A stretch of DNA of 26,725 bases. Origin: a bacterium. Its GTDB lineage: Archaea > Thermoplasmatota > E2 > JACPAO01 > JAHFTW01. The notes beneath the pieces are model-generated. The model was given only the letters and a program-made list of their open reading frames with translations. It searched no databases and was not told the DNA's origin. The stretch spans positions 1-26,725 of the forward strand of contig JAZJZE010000043.1 of assembly GCA_040390065.1 (NCBI GenBank). Direction: 5' to 3'. The position numbers and the translations under genes are program-made. Shown one piece after another: positions 26,017-26,725 of the stretch; the stretch's first letter is position 1, and every line of letters begins with the position of its first letter.

Positions 26017-26463
26017 ATGTCCGACATAGCCAGTTCTGCCTCGACGCGCCGCTTTGGCGCAGCCATGCTCCTCGTCGCCCTCGTCGTCGCGGGTGCCGTG
26101 TGGATCGGGCACCTGAGGCCGGCCGCCAACAGCGGCGACGCGGGCAGCTACGAGGTGAGCGTGGTGGGCCCCGATGGTCCGTGGTGGAACGGCACGGTGC
26201 GCGTCGCCTCGGGGGCAACGGTCCTGGATGCCACGCGCTCGGCCGCGGCGCACAACTTCACGCTCGACGTGCAAGAGCAGGCTCTCGGCGCCTACGTGCG
26301 CGGCATCGGGCCTTACTTCGAGACGCGCACCGGAGGCTGGAACTTCTGCATCGATTCCGGAGCCGGCTTTGTCTGGGTCGGCGTGGCGGCGGACCAGCGC
26401 CCGCTGCATCGCGGCGAACGCATCCAGTGGCGTTGGGCGGAAGGCGGCAGCGAAGTCTGTTAG
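26017..26463 (+). CDS. Membrane-anchored DUF4430 (transcobalamin C-terminal-like) protein
   Basis: N-terminal TM, TVLDAT, GAYVRGIG, GWNF, VAADQRPLHRGERIQW. Confidence 0.85.
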   Translation: MSDIASSASTRRFGAAMLLVALVVAGAVWIGHLRPAANSGDAGSYEVSVVGPDGPWWNGTVRVASGATVLDATRSAAAHNFTLDVQEQALGAYVRGIGPYFETRTGGWNFCIDSGAGFVWVGVAADQRPLHRGERIQWRWAEGGSEVC

Positions 26464-26464
26464 G

Positions 26465-26725
26465 GCATTGCGCAGATGCCTTCCAGTTCGTCATCCACCT
26501 GGATGCCCCGCAGATTGACTTGACCCCTTTGCTCAATCCGTGGAATCTGCTCCCAGTCCGTGCCATTGCAAGACGTGCAAGAGCTCACCAGCACGATGCC
26601 CAACATTTCAGCGGAATCTGTGGACAAGGGAGCGTTGCATTGCGCAGATGCCTTCCAGTTCGTCATCCATCTGGATGCCCCGCAGATTGACTTGACCCCT
26701 TTGCTCAATCCGTGGAATCTGCTCC
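26465..26725. repeat. Direct repeat with 172-bp period, running off the window end
   Basis: 26465-26553 matches 26637-26725 at 88/89 nt. Confidence 0.9.

Noticed and set aside
26465-26725. CRISPR array or LRR gene (IDLTPL..NL on the plus strand)
   Set aside because: The repeat is at least 89 bp, too long for CRISPR; no cas genes are present; the 172-bp period breaks the reading frame.

Overview
GC-rich archaeal DNA, probably Thermoplasmatota (inferred from an archaeal EF-2 lying outside an rps12/rps7 operon, TATA-like boxes, a GGAGGTGA SD and the style of the surface proteins). The left flank holds a Kelch surface protein, a Cys-rich membrane protein and EF-2. From 5393 to 18048 lies a visibly more AT-rich ~12.6 kb defence island bounded by an exact 18-bp direct repeat that abuts the EF-2 promoter. 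The same ends can be read as 9-bp terminal inverted repeats plus a 9-bp target duplication. The island carries: (i) a five-gene LlaI/BsuMI-like operon (two m6A MTases, a stand-alone B3/EcoRII-N-like protein, an McrB-type GTPase lacking its N-domain, McrC); (ii) a C2H2 Zn-finger gene coupled to a SWIM-DDE transposase, the only recombinase I can see; (iii) a ~1.5 kb zone with at least 12 exact copies of AAGGGTGC around a tandem-domain basic protein; (iv) a CARF-like(DUF6293)-wHTH / wHTH-NDT-like hydrolase / unannotated 56-aa 2TM module. The right flank holds surface proteins, rlmE, a probable cobalamin ECF cluster with split transcobalamin-like proteins, and the start of a 172-bp-period repeat. 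All family calls come from motif recognition by eye; no searches were run.
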